A model generated the notes under the pieces. That model did not search any database, was not told the DNA's origin, and saw nothing but the letters and a program-made list of their open reading frames with translations. From a virus (taxonomy: Duplodnaviria; Caudoviricetes), in IMG/VR virus record IMGVR_UViG_3300022920_000542, positions 1 through 61,145 of that record: a stretch of 61,145 nt of DNA. One strand, written 5' to 3'. Positions 11,614 through 21,765 of this stretch are shown piece after piece. A program made the translations under genes and the position numbers. Positions within the stretch are counted from its first letter, which is position 1, and each line of letters begins with the position of its first letter.

Positions 11614-11866
11614 TATTTGTTTTATCGTTTTCGGTAAAATTTTGCTTTATATCATATCCGTCCTCTTTATTTAGACTTTTGTGAATAAGACTACTGACAT
11701 AGTCTCCTAACTCTTCCTGTGTTAATTCGTCTTTTTCCAATTCAAACTTAGCATAATCAAGAAATTCGTCACATACCTCAAACTCGACATTAAGTTTTCC
11801 TGCTTTATCAGTATCCATTGCTAGGATTTTTATTTTAGGAAGTGTGTTGTTAGTTGACTGCTCCAT
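11603..11866 (-). CDS. hypothetical protein
   Basis: 87 aa acidic ORF overlapping the upstream gene. Confidence 0.6.
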   Translation of the reverse strand: MEQSTNNTLPKIKILAMDTDKAGKLNVEFEVCDEFLDYAKFELEKDELTQEELGDYVSSLIHKSLNKEDGYDIKQNFTENDKTNIDK

Positions 11867-12230
11867 CTGTAATCATACTCCTAAGTTGTGTAGGTATAAA
11901 TTCTACCTTTTTGTTTTTTGTATTAACGAGAACAAGAGAGTGGTTTTTGATTTCTGCGTTCATAAAACTGTCTATATCAAAAAAGTGGATAATATTCTTA
12001 TATGATATTTCTAATATTCTATCGGAAGGTTTCATACTCTTAATGTCATATAATGTATGTTCATACATTTGATTTTTAATCATAATAACGTGACACTCAG
12101 TTATTGCAGAATACAATCCGTAGAACTTTTTTTCTTTTTTGAGATCAAACATAGAAGAAAACCTAGATGCGTACTTTTTGTAACGATCATCTTGTTCTTC
12201 TTCTATATCAAATAAGTCTTCGTAAAACAT
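11850..12230 (-). CDS. hypothetical protein
   Basis: 126 aa ORF behind TTGACC-17-TATAAT (12254-12282). Confidence 0.6.
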   Translation of the reverse strand: MFYEDLFDIEEEQDDRYKKYASRFSSMFDLKKEKKFYGLYSAITECHVIMIKNQMYEHTLYDIKSMKPSDRILEISYKNIIHFFDIDSFMNAEIKNHSLVLVNTKNKKVEFIPTQLRSMITDGAVN

Positions 12231-12285
12231 TTTTAATTTTTATATATGTATATATTATATTATATATGTATATATAGGTCAATCA

Positions 12286-13404
12286 TTATTTCAATAATTG
12301 ATCTGGATTAAGTGGGATCAAGTCATTAACAACAAACTCTCCGTCTTTACGAACAAGTTCATCGTCAAAGTAAATTTCACCTCCACCATAATCGGGTCGT
12401 TGAATCTTCACCATATCCCAATGAACTTGAGAATCGTTTCCATTGCTTGCATCGTCATAACATTGTCCTGGTGTGAAGTGAAAACTTCCACCAATCTTTT
12501 CATCAAACAAAATGTCACGCATAGGTTGAACAACATAAGGATTGAATCCAATTGCAAACTCACCAATGTATCTTGCTCCATCGTCACTATCAAGAATTTC
12601 ATTTAGTGCTTCTGTGCTTGCATCACTATTTGCGATTGCATCTATAATTTTACCATCTTTGAATTCCAACCGAATTCCGTCAAAGTCACAACCACGATAA
12701 ATTGTTGGAGCATTAAATTGAATGTGTCCTTGAACACTATCTTTGATTGGACAACTGAATACTTCTCCATCCGGAATGTTGTGAGTTCCACCACACGCAA
12801 CTGCTCCAATGCCTTTGATTGAAAAACGTAAGTCTGTGTCATCTCCTTTGATGTGAATTTTGTCTGCGTTTTGCATTCTCGTTTGGAGGTTGCTCATACC
12901 CGGATTAAACTTGGAGTAATCAAATGTGCATACGTCAAAAAAGAAATTCTCAAATGCTTCGGTACTCATGTTTGCTTGTTGTGCCATTGCAGGAGTGGGC
13001 CACCTCAAGATGCACCACCTAGTTTCGTTGACACGATAATCAAGATAAGGTTTGGTAATCTTTGACATCATCGTTTTAATATCTGCATCTACATCACTTG
13101 TTTCGTATATGTTGTTTGAACCTGCGATAGCAATGTAAGCATCCATTTCTTGAATCTTGGGCATACTGAATCTCATAAAGATTTCCATTTGCTCTTTGGT
13201 TGCGTGTTGCATAATCTCACGACCAATACGACTTTGTGAAGTTTGCACAAACGGAATTCCACCATATTCACGAACTGCACGAACAAGTGCAATCGTCATA
13301 TTGTCTGGTACTTCCGTGTTGTCTATTAATACCTTTTCTCCTTTCTGTAAAGACACACTATGTCTTACAAGAAGGTCTGCTAATTTTGTATAGTTCTGTT
13401 CCAT
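12286..13404 (-). CDS. aminopeptidase, peptidase family M29 (AmpS/PepT-like)
   Basis: [51 protein letters not shown]. Confidence 0.92.
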   Translation of the reverse strand: MEQNYTKLADLLVRHSVSLQKGEKVLIDNTEVPDNMTIALVRAVREYGGIPFVQTSQSRIGREIMQHATKEQMEIFMRFSMPKIQEMDAYIAIAGSNNIYETSDVDADIKTMMSKITKPYLDYRVNETRWCILRWPTPAMAQQANMSTEAFENFFFDVCTFDYSKFNPGMSNLQTRMQNADKIHIKGDDTDLRFSIKGIGAVACGGTHNIPDGEVFSCPIKDSVQGHIQFNAPTIYRGCDFDGIRLEFKDGKIIDAIANSDASTEALNEILDSDDGARYIGEFAIGFNPYVVQPMRDILFDEKIGGSFHFTPGQCYDDASNGNDSQVHWDMVKIQRPDYGGGEIYFDDELVRKDGEFVVNDLIPLNPDQLLK

Positions 13405-13444
13405 GATGTTTTATATTTTATATATTTATGTATGTATATACAAG

Positions 13445-14860
13445 TCAAAATACAAAGAACTCGTTGCTTTTGTTTTTCTCACTTGCTTGGTTGGGAGATT
13501 CTGCATCTTTAAGACGAGTTTTGGCAATGATTGCATAATCCTTTTCTTTTTCAATTCCGATGTATTTTCTATCAAGCATTTTGGCTGCGATACAAGTTGT
13601 TCCACTTCCAACAAACGGATCAACGACCACATCATTCTCACGACTTCCAAGTGTTATCAAATAACTCATTAGTTCAATTGGTTTAACGGTTGGATGAACA
13701 TTTTGTTTTTCCGTGACAAATCTACCAGTAACATCGTGGTCGATTTTGCTATTGCTCATATCTTCTGCATTTCTTCTTCCTGGCATTGAAGAACTTTTCT
13801 TTTTAGGAAGATGTTCAAGACCTTTGTTTTTTTCTGCTTTGCTTGCTTTCGGAACAATCATAAAAGGAAAAGTCTTTTGAACACTTTCGGGCAATTTATG
13901 TATTTGTGATTTCCACCAAGAATCCAAATCATAAAAACGAGAAAACGATCCTTCGTCTCCGTAAGTTCTTCCGGCGGGTTTGCCTGTGCTTTCTTGCCAA
14001 ATACCACCAGATGCACTTCCACTATCTGTGTGTTTTCCTTTGCTTCGTTTTACTCCATCGTTAAGTACATCATCTTGTACAATTAAGTTGGCTGCGAATC
14101 TTCCGTCTGGTTTGTCGTAACCAATTTGTTCTCCACTTGAATAAACTCCAGTATTTTCTCCGTGGAATCCACCACGATTATCACTTTGTTTATTTTGAGA
14201 TTCTGATTGATCGTTTTCGTTTTTGTAAGGAATTCTACAATCGTCCAACCAAGTAATTCCTTTACCATTTTTCATTGCTTGTTCAATGGTGGTTTTTTCT
14301 GTAATTGGTTTCATTGCAACAAGCACAACTTCCACCGCAGGTTTAGGTTGATAACCTACATAAGAACCCTCAAGTGCTTTTGCTTCATCGGATGCAGGTT
14401 CAGTTATATCGGGTGTTCTTCTTTCCTGTGTGTCACTATCCTTCCAATTGTTATATGTAGTTAGTTCTTGGTTGCCTTCAGGAGTTTTGTATTTTCCAAT
14501 AACTTTTCTTTTTTTACCAAGTTGTTTGCCCACCGTCTTTCCCACATTATGTGCTTTTGGAAATCCTGTTGCGTATGTCCAATAAATCGGAGTGAATCCG
14601 ATATTGAATCCTGCATCTTCTAAACGAACCATCATACGACTTTGTACATCTGAACGAGGTGCTGACATAACAAAGCAGAATCCTCCTGGTTTCAAAACTC
14701 GTAGACACTCTTGCCAAATTTCCAATGCAGGAACTGCTTTGTCCCAATCACGATTCATAAACGAGTATCCATAAGGTGGGTCTGTACACACCATGTCTAC
14801 CGATTCGTCCTCAAGTTTCTTGAGAACTTTCAAACTATCTCCATTAATTATCTTATTCAT
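13445..14860 (-). CDS. DNA amino-methyltransferase (N6A/N4C, beta class)
   Basis: VCTDPPYG near the N-terminus; HPTVKP, VVDPFVGSGTT, YIGIE near the C-terminus. Start at MNKII. Confidence 0.9.
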   Translation of the reverse strand: MNKIINGDSLKVLKKLEDESVDMVCTDPPYGYSFMNRDWDKAVPALEIWQECLRVLKPGGFCFVMSAPRSDVQSRMMVRLEDAGFNIGFTPIYWTYATGFPKAHNVGKTVGKQLGKKRKVIGKYKTPEGNQELTTYNNWKDSDTQERRTPDITEPASDEAKALEGSYVGYQPKPAVEVVLVAMKPITEKTTIEQAMKNGKGITWLDDCRIPYKNENDQSESQNKQSDNRGGFHGENTGVYSSGEQIGYDKPDGRFAANLIVQDDVLNDGVKRSKGKHTDSGSASGGIWQESTGKPAGRTYGDEGSFSRFYDLDSWWKSQIHKLPESVQKTFPFMIVPKASKAEKNKGLEHLPKKKSSSMPGRRNAEDMSNSKIDHDVTGRFVTEKQNVHPTVKPIELMSYLITLGSRENDVVVDPFVGSGTTCIAAKMLDRKYIGIEKEKDYAIIAKTRLKDAESPNQASEKNKSNEFFVF

Positions 14861-15752
14861 TAAAGTCAAAAAATTTATTTGATTGTACACGCAAGTCATC
14901 AAGTGAGCAATAGTCAGGAACTTCATACTCTCCTTCTTTGCGGAATACCATAACGTATTCGTGTATCTTGCTTGTGTATCTTTTGCTTGCTACCTTACCT
15001 GCTTGCAACGGAGCAAATGGACTGATGTTCTTCATTATGATTGTATCGTGGTGAATCAACTTCTCTTTGGTAAACAAGGAAATCAAGTCGGAATGAAACG
15101 AACGAAGTCCACCACCCTTGGGACATCTCCAATCACCCACAACCCAAACACAGAATGCTCCTGGTTTCAATACACGATTAATGTGGTATCCACAAAAACC
15201 AACTTGCTTCAAAAACTTTTCGTAGGTTTCGCAATCACTAAGTTGGTTGGTTACACTTTCATACTTCTCAATGTCGTGATAAGGAGGGCAAGTGAATACC
15301 AAATCGGCAACCTCATCATCGGTGAAAGTAAGAAACAATCCATCGTTATTATAAAGTTTAGGCGATACCCCCAACTTTTTAAAATGCTCCGTAACTCGTT
15401 TATATGTCGTTGGAGAAATTTCGTAACCTTCGTATTGCCTTCCCATCTTGGATGCCACTACCGCACGGGTAGCACGACCTGCGAAGGGGTCTACGACCAC
15501 ACTTCCCTTCATGCTCCAATACCTAAGAATCTGTTCTGCTACTCCTGCGTGGAACTCACTAAACTTTAATCCAGGTAGGTACTTCGCATCGTCACTTCGT
15601 CTGCTTTCGTTTTCTCCATCATCCAAATATGCTTCCTTCCACGATGCCTTTGATTCTTTGGATGGTTCAAGAATACTCATAGGTAACCACCCGAATTGTT
15701 CATCAATACGACAATCGTCCCTAATGGGTAATACTTGCTTATAGACTTTCAT
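14853..15752 (-). CDS. DNA amino-methyltransferase with CPPY variant motif
   Basis: VVDPFAG (motif I), FTCPPY (motif IV variant), RVLKPG, HEYVMVFRK; TAATG overlap with the polymerase stop. Confidence 0.85.
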   Translation of the reverse strand: MKVYKQVLPIRDDCRIDEQFGWLPMSILEPSKESKASWKEAYLDDGENESRRSDDAKYLPGLKFSEFHAGVAEQILRYWSMKGSVVVDPFAGRATRAVVASKMGRQYEGYEISPTTYKRVTEHFKKLGVSPKLYNNDGLFLTFTDDEVADLVFTCPPYHDIEKYESVTNQLSDCETYEKFLKQVGFCGYHINRVLKPGAFCVWVVGDWRCPKGGGLRSFHSDLISLFTKEKLIHHDTIIMKNISPFAPLQAGKVASKRYTSKIHEYVMVFRKEGEYEVPDYCSLDDLRVQSNKFFDFNE

Positions 15753-18259
15753 TAAAAAGAAAAGAATTTTTGTGCAGTTGCGAGGTGTTCACTTGCAAAG
15801 TCCCAATCAAGAGCATCATAAAAATCACGCAATTTACCTTCAAGTTCTCGTTCAAACAACTTGTCCTTGTCTGCATACTTCTCAATAAACTCCATGAGTT
15901 CTGGTGGGTCTTCATATCCACGAAACGCAAGAGCATCCAAACCAAGCTCATTGTTCTTGAGATATATCCACTTGATTTTTTCTCCATTGCGAATGGGTTC
16001 TGCCTGAATCTTAAACTTCTTGATAAACTGATTATGAATAATACTTGCTTTAACATGAGCAGGAGTGCTTTTGGCACACTCACCAACAACCGCACCTTTG
16101 TCCATCATCTTTAAATACTTGGTTACATTTTTAACTGCACTTGTTTTTGCGATGTCTTGAACAGATTCGTTTTTGACTTGTCGTTTAAGAGCAACGATTT
16201 TGTCATCAATTTCTTGTTTTGGAACATCCTTCAAAATGTCTTTAAGAATCTCTGTCATAAACGCACGAAATCGTGTGGGGTAACTACTACGCACCACATC
16301 AAGACCTTTAACTTCCAATTCATCACAAGTAACACCGTTGTTGTTGATGATCCATTGTGCATATCGTTTCTTTGCCAACCAAATACTTGCTTTGGAAATA
16401 ACTTCTTGTTTGATGTCGTAGCGATGTTCTTCAATGTTAAAGAATCGTTTTGCCATCACATCATAACTTTTGTTGATAAAATTCTGTACATTACCTGCAA
16501 CTTCAAGAATAGCAGTTGCCATTTCATCATCGTTAGCAACATTAACATTCGGCATTGTTTTTTCAACGATAGGCAATGCTGAAAAGAACACCGAGTCAGT
16601 ATCAATGTAAATACAATGATCTTCTGAATCACCAAGAGTTTTGTTGTAATAGTGATTCGCAATTTTTCTACTGAACTTAATTACCGACACACCTGTGGTT
16701 GTAACTGCTTCTGCATTATCCACATCATAAAAACGAAAGATAGGTAACCCCAATACACCATATAAAGAGTTAAGAAGAATCTTTTGTACGTGTTGTCTTC
16801 TTTTATAGAACACATACTTGGCATCGTCACCTGCGTTACCATATTCTTTCATTTTATCTTTGAATTCAACTCGTTGATTAAACCACTGTTCAAGAATCGC
16901 AGGAATAAGTCCGACCTTTTCTTTGGTATACATCACACCATTACTACTAATAGCAAGATTGTTTTCCTTCAAAAATGTTTTGAATTCATCTGCTGAATAT
17001 ACATCTCCACGAAATCCCACTTCGGTTTGCTCACCATCACAGAAATCTTCAGGACTCCACTTGTCAACAACACCCACTTTAGTTTCGGGTGATATATTTG
17101 TGGACATGATGATCGATGGATATAGAGATGTCAAATCCAAGTCAAACACCCACTTGTATTTGCCTGGTGTCGGAGCAGCCACATACGCACCACTAAACTT
17201 CTTTGATCCATCTCCTTTAATTTCATTGAATTTGTCACGACCATCTGGATCTTTGTTTGGTGCAACTAAATTATGTCTGCGAAGATAGGTAAGCAATGCA
17301 CCTTCAAGATAACGAGACGAAAACAAAATGTCTTCATATGGAACGTGACCAACATGACAGATACTACGAGTCAATTCAATGAGTTCCATCTTTTTGTCAA
17401 TCTCTACAACAATCTTTACATCATTCAAATTGTATTCAATAAACTTCTCAATGTCCGAGGAAAACAAATCATCAAGATTACCTTCATATTCAATTTTACC
17501 AATGCCAACTTCTTTGCGACCAATTGCATCCAAACGATAACTTGGTTCAACTGAGTATGTAAAGTTTTTATACAACACAAGATAATCCAAGCAACTAACA
17601 CCTGCGATTACAATGCGTTTCTTAAACGGGTGATAGTATGCGTGGCCAATCGGACTCAAACGATTTGCTTCTTCTTGTCCTAATACTCTTGCAAGTCTGC
17701 GATACAAATAAGGAACATCAAATCCATCAATGTTCCAACCCGTCAATATTGTCGGACTAATCTCTTGATAGAAATCAAGAAAATGAGAAAGCAATGCTCG
17801 TTCATTATCATAAGAATAAACTGATACTTCATCATTAGAGTAGTCGGTAATTTTGTCTTCTTTATCAAGAATCAATACCACATAATTATTAGTACAACTA
17901 TCGTGCCACGCAATAGCAGTAACAGGATTATTTGCTTTTTCTGTATCAGGTAAATCACCTTCCATGCTTACCTCAATATCAAAGTTCATAACGCAATGAC
18001 CGGTACTCGGTTCATCATCGTCTTCGTATAAGTCAATTAGATTACGAGTTTCAATTGGTACATCTGATTCAAACAAACCCGTGTCTTCGTAACGATACCG
18101 AGTTACCTTTTCCAACTTATCACCATACATACTGCGATACATCCCGTTCGGAGATTTTTTGTATGCGTATGGTTTATTCTTGAATGTTACGAGACCTTTT
18201 TTATCGTCCCACAGATAGACCGTATGATCTTTTTTATTTACGAATATGTTTTGATACAT
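15752..18259 (-). CDS. polB: family B DNA polymerase (T4 gp43-like)
   Basis: Exonuclease FDIE, GWNIDGFD, YNLND; polymerase DLTSLYPSII, KILLNSLYG, YIDTDS, KKRY. Confidence 0.97.
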   Translation of the reverse strand: MYQNIFVNKKDHTVYLWDDKKGLVTFKNKPYAYKKSPNGMYRSMYGDKLEKVTRYRYEDTGLFESDVPIETRNLIDLYEDDDEPSTGHCVMNFDIEVSMEGDLPDTEKANNPVTAIAWHDSCTNNYVVLILDKEDKITDYSNDEVSVYSYDNERALLSHFLDFYQEISPTILTGWNIDGFDVPYLYRRLARVLGQEEANRLSPIGHAYYHPFKKRIVIAGVSCLDYLVLYKNFTYSVEPSYRLDAIGRKEVGIGKIEYEGNLDDLFSSDIEKFIEYNLNDVKIVVEIDKKMELIELTRSICHVGHVPYEDILFSSRYLEGALLTYLRRHNLVAPNKDPDGRDKFNEIKGDGSKKFSGAYVAAPTPGKYKWVFDLDLTSLYPSIIMSTNISPETKVGVVDKWSPEDFCDGEQTEVGFRGDVYSADEFKTFLKENNLAISSNGVMYTKEKVGLIPAILEQWFNQRVEFKDKMKEYGNAGDDAKYVFYKRRQHVQKILLNSLYGVLGLPIFRFYDVDNAEAVTTTGVSVIKFSRKIANHYYNKTLGDSEDHCIYIDTDSVFFSALPIVEKTMPNVNVANDDEMATAILEVAGNVQNFINKSYDVMAKRFFNIEEHRYDIKQEVISKASIWLAKKRYAQWIINNNGVTCDELEVKGLDVVRSSYPTRFRAFMTEILKDILKDVPKQEIDDKIVALKRQVKNESVQDIAKTSAVKNVTKYLKMMDKGAVVGECAKSTPAHVKASIIHNQFIKKFKIQAEPIRNGEKIKWIYLKNNELGLDALAFRGYEDPPELMEFIEKYADKDKLFERELEGKLRDFYDALDWDFASEHLATAQKFFSF

Positions 18260-18267
18260 TGAATATT

Positions 18268-18296
18268 ATAGTATCGCAATTTATATAAAAAGTCAA
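18268..18296 (-). promoter_or_regulatory. sigma70-like promoter for the polymerase-methyltransferase operon
   Basis: TTGACT-17 nt-TACTAT(AAT), 8 nt before the ATG. Confidence 0.7.
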
Positions 18297-18820
18297 GCAC
18301 CGGTGCTTCCGAATCCACATTTTCCACGATCAGTCTCTGACAACTCTTCTACGATTTCAAATTCGACTTTGTGAGTTTCTGCGATTACAAGTTGTGCAAT
18401 GCGTTCACCCTTTGTATAAATTTTGTCCATGTTAACTTTAGTGAGCAATGGAATAGTTGCTTGGTGTCCAAGAATTCTTGCGTGAATGTCTTCGGGTTGT
18501 GTGATGTACTTGAATCGCACAAGCAACTCTCCACGATAACCACAATCAATCAATCCAACTGAATTTGCAAGCATTAGATTTTTGTTGCTGATACTGCTTC
18601 TTGGGAAAATGTTAGTATGATAAACTTTATCATCAACACACGGTTCTATATACAAGTCTGTGTGATACTGAATGTAATCTATTCGGGACCATGCTTTTGC
18701 TTCTTCATTGTATTCACCCGAAATTGCTGGATGTGATGATGCAACTAGATCATATCCTACATCATACTGCGTTAAATTTTTTGGTACAATAGTTCCAGTA
18801 TTTTTTATCTTAATTTTCAT
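18293..18820 (-). CDS. dut: trimeric dUTPase
   Basis: GYDL, FPRSS, GLIDCGYRGE, ERIAQLV, RGKCGFGSTG. Confidence 0.93.
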   Translation of the reverse strand: MKIKIKNTGTIVPKNLTQYDVGYDLVASSHPAISGEYNEEAKAWSRIDYIQYHTDLYIEPCVDDKVYHTNIFPRSSISNKNLMLANSVGLIDCGYRGELLVRFKYITQPEDIHARILGHQATIPLLTKVNMDKIYTKGERIAQLVIAETHKVEFEIVEELSETDRGKCGFGSTGA

Positions 18821-19286
18821 TCAAATATAATATCGCATCTTCAAAGGTATTGACAACCTTAATATCATTTTCTTTTGCTTCGTGTTCAAGTAGATGTCTC
18901 CAAAACTTAATGGTTGGCCACATATGATTTTGATTTATTTCCAACAAATTTTGTTTATGTCGTTCTTCATCAATGGTAACAAGAACATTAGGTTTAATAG
19001 GCCATTCCCAAAAACTTCTTGCACTCCACACTTCGGGTATACTTAAAATTACATCAGTTTCATTTGTATAATCTTCAAGAACTTTCCAAGAATCACGTGA
19101 AAATTGAACTGCGAGTTCGTGTTCATCAATTAAAGGTGACGAATATATTTTGTCGGAGAACTCTTTTTTGTCAAAGTGAGATGGCCAACCAATTGCTTCT
19201 CCAATTATTTTATCGCAATCTACAAACCCAAGTGATTTACTATGATATGTTTTTCCTGAATGTCTAACTGCTGATATTATTTTCAT
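18810..19286 (-). CDS. P-loop-like hypothetical protein (possible nucleotide kinase fold)
   Basis: N-terminal IISAVRHSGKT followed by FVDCD. Confidence 0.45.
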   Translation of the reverse strand: MKIISAVRHSGKTYHSKSLGFVDCDKIIGEAIGWPSHFDKKEFSDKIYSSPLIDEHELAVQFSRDSWKVLEDYTNETDVILSIPEVWSARSFWEWPIKPNVLVTIDEERHKQNLLEINQNHMWPTIKFWRHLLEHEAKENDIKVVNTFEDAILYLNEN

Positions 19287-19623
19287 TTGGATAATATTTT
19301 TCTATAAGTTTAACAATAACATCTCCGTGACAAGATTTGGGTTTACACCAACAACCAAGTATTTTTCCTTTGAGTGTTTTGAGTTCTTCAATAAGTTGAG
19401 GTTGATTTTCAATCCATTCTTCATAACTTTGAATTGCTTCTGATTTACTTGCAACACGATACTTTGCGAGAGTTCCGTCTTTAGAAGAAAATGGATTACC
19501 CCACGAAGAAGGCCTTCCAATGTAGACATCATATTCTGATTTCTTGCAGTGGACTACTTTAGTTGTATTTGTGTTTATTTCTAAGTTAGAATAAAATGAT
19601 AAATTAACTTTTGGTTGTGTCAT
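19264..19623 (-). CDS. DUF4326-like protein
   Basis: VVHCK..YDVYIGRPS.WGNPF, LKGKILGCWCKP..CHGDV. Confidence 0.85.
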   Translation of the reverse strand: MTQPKVNLSFYSNLEINTNTTKVVHCKKSEYDVYIGRPSSWGNPFSSKDGTLAKYRVASKSEAIQSYEEWIENQPQLIEELKTLKGKILGCWCKPKSCHGDVIVKLIEKYYPNENNISS

Positions 19624-19945
19624 CCAAATCTATATCTGTATCTTTATCAATGTCTTCTATATTGGAAAATAATTCGTTAACGAAGTCAAACTCAAGCTGT
19701 TGATTTTGAAACTCTGGTTGATTTACCTCAGAGTAATTTACATCAGTTGAATGATTATCTTCGTTTACGAATTCGAGGTGTCCATCAAAATGGAAACCTG
19801 ATCCTCTTAAAAACAACTCAAACGCATTTATTACGTCACCTAAAGTTTCTTCTGTTGTAGAGTGTCTTGTTCTTGATACAAGATTATCATCAGAATCTCT
19901 CCATGTGTAATCAAATGTGAATTTTGCTGTATTGTCGTATTTCAT
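19604..19945 (-). CDS. hypothetical phage protein
   Basis: 113 aa, TL.DVI.AFE.FLRGSGF.FDG pattern; ATATTTAT upstream. Confidence 0.65.
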   Translation of the reverse strand: MKYDNTAKFTFDYTWRDSDDNLVSRTRHSTTEETLGDVINAFELFLRGSGFHFDGHLEFVNEDNHSTDVNYSEVNQPEFQNQQLEFDFVNELFSNIEDIDKDTDIDLDDTTKS

Positions 19946-19987
19946 ATATACATAAATATATACAATTAAACTCCAAACGTAAAGTCT

Positions 19988-20194
19988 TTATTTTTTCTGA
20001 GAACCTAACATAACAGCTTTTAACACTATTTGCGTATATAGTTGGATAAAAACGATACTCAACCAGTTAAAAAATGTATACTCAATTTGTAAATTTAATA
20101 GTGTATTAAAAGACCAAATTAGTCCAAGTGGTAAAAATATTAAACCAGTTATTCCTAGAAAAAATGTAGTTAACTTTGATGTATCCAATTCCAT
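19988..20194 (-). CDS. small two-TM membrane protein
   Basis: Hydrophobic 68 aa ORF, PLGLIWSFNTL...IEYTFFNW. Confidence 0.65.
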   Translation of the reverse strand: MELDTSKLTTFFLGITGLIFLPLGLIWSFNTLLNLQIEYTFFNWLSIVFIQLYTQIVLKAVMLGSQKK

Positions 20195-20196
20195 GT

Positions 20197-20487
20197 TTAC
20201 TTTCTTATGTCACAAATCTTTTCGTGTAATATTTTGATGTCATCTTCTGTCATTCCAAATATTGCTTCAACTCCTTCAACCATTTTATCAAATGAAATAA
20301 TTGTTCCTGCTTCTACCGGATCGGCCTCTGATTCTACAATTTCGTACTTCAACTCAAGTGCATCATCTTGTACTTCTGCAAGTTTGCATAATGTCATGTG
20401 TTCGTATAATGCAACAAAGTCATCTACGGAGCAAGTTGTTAAAAAGTCCAATGACTCTTGTTCAATTCTATTTTCTTCGGAATTCAT
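20197..20487 (-). CDS. hypothetical acidic protein
   Basis: 96 aa ORF collinear with neighbours. Confidence 0.6.
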   Translation of the reverse strand: MNSEENRIEQESLDFLTTCSVDDFVALYEHMTLCKLAEVQDDALELKYEIVESEADPVEAGTIISFDKMVEGVEAIFGMTEDDIKILHEKICDIRK

Positions 20488-20546
20488 TTTATATTATTGA
20501 TTTAAGGTTATGTATATGTATAAATATATATTATAGTTTGAAAATG

Positions 20547-21764
20547 TCAATTCTTTTTCCATATCCAGATGGGTTCTGCGAATGCTACATTCTTTGTTTC
20601 TTCGGTAATTTCTTTGAGGTCTTCCGAGAAATATTCACTTTTGGCATTACCTGCTCCACCTGAGTTGAATCGTTTAGTCATTTCCATTCCGATGCAACCC
20701 TGATACTTCAATCCACATGATTTAATAAAGTCATTCATTGGATTGGTGATTTCTACATAGTCGTTGATTGGTGCATTGAATACATCTGCGATATTGACTG
20801 CGAGAATTCCACCCAACTTTAATGTGGGAATAAGTTTCTGAATAGTTGCGTGTAAAAAGTTAACGTTCCAATCATCTATTTTTTTGTAACGAACCCACGA
20901 TTGAGTATCATCTTCCGAATACTTTTCTGTGTTAAAATAAGGTGGACTTGTAAAAATGGTATCAAAGAAGTTTTCGTATTTAGAATAATCTACATCTTCT
21001 GCTGGACTATCAATCAATTCAACTTCTCTGTTATGTTCAAAGAAGGTAGAATACTTTTTGTAGAACTCAATCTGCTTTTGATAATTAGGGTGGTTGTTGC
21101 TATTAGGATCAATCCCAACGTAATGTTCGGTGGTTTCACCTGTGTAGAATCCTGCTAATCTATCTCCCCATCCTGCACTAAAGTCTAATACATTTCTGCT
21201 TTTAAAGTGATCGTAAAATGCTTTTGCTACTGCCGGTTTGAATTGTGATGCGACATACTTACGAAGAGTTGTAGCAACACGAAGAGTATTAACATCAACA
21301 CGATTGAGAACTTTATCTAATGTCCAATAAGCACGAACGATTGTTTTGATTCCTTTAACAGTTTGCCACGTCTTCCACCCACTCGGAGTTCTTGTCCAAT
21401 CTACTTTCCAACGATTTTCTACGTGAAACGGATTAGACGCATTGTTACCCGAGTTGTTTCTTTTTAATAGAAACTGAGAACCTTTATAGTTCAAGTGATA
21501 GTTGCTTTTTCTTTCGTTGCGAGGAAACCACTTTCTTTCAACGAGAACATCGTTATGCTTGATTCCTTTTAACTTGTTTAAACTATCAAGGGTTTGTTTA
21601 TCACTAATCTCGGGTAACGGAGCAGGATAAGTATGCAATACTTTTGCTAGTTCTTCTACGACATCTTCTTTCTCATACTTTTGCATGAGGTTTTTCCACT
21701 CGTCTTCTTCAATGAGAAGATATGGTTTCATGTCGTAGAACTTTTTGAAATGCTCTTTTAGCAT
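20547..21764 (-). CDS. DNA amino-methyltransferase, SPPY type
   Basis: ASQFKP, VLDFSAGWGDRL, YVGIDPN, IFTSPPYFNTEKYS, VNIAD, EPIWIW. Start at MLKEH. Confidence 0.88.
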   Translation of the reverse strand: MLKEHFKKFYDMKPYLLIEEDEWKNLMQKYEKEDVVEELAKVLHTYPAPLPEISDKQTLDSLNKLKGIKHNDVLVERKWFPRNERKSNYHLNYKGSQFLLKRNNSGNNASNPFHVENRWKVDWTRTPSGWKTWQTVKGIKTIVRAYWTLDKVLNRVDVNTLRVATTLRKYVASQFKPAVAKAFYDHFKSRNVLDFSAGWGDRLAGFYTGETTEHYVGIDPNSNNHPNYQKQIEFYKKYSTFFEHNREVELIDSPAEDVDYSKYENFFDTIFTSPPYFNTEKYSEDDTQSWVRYKKIDDWNVNFLHATIQKLIPTLKLGGILAVNIADVFNAPINDYVEITNPMNDFIKSCGLKYQGCIGMEMTKRFNSGGAGNAKSEYFSEDLKEITEETKNVAFAEPIWIWKKN

Positions 21765-21765
21765 T

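Noticed and set aside
12231-12285. TA-rich quasi-palindrome as a replication origin
   Set aside because: Explained by a TTGACC-17-TATAAT promoter in AT-rich intergenic DNA; no iterons seen.
15752-18259. Intein or intron in the polymerase, clamp loader or PhoH
   Set aside because: Lengths and motif spacing are normal; no splice-junction or LAGLIDADG motifs seen.
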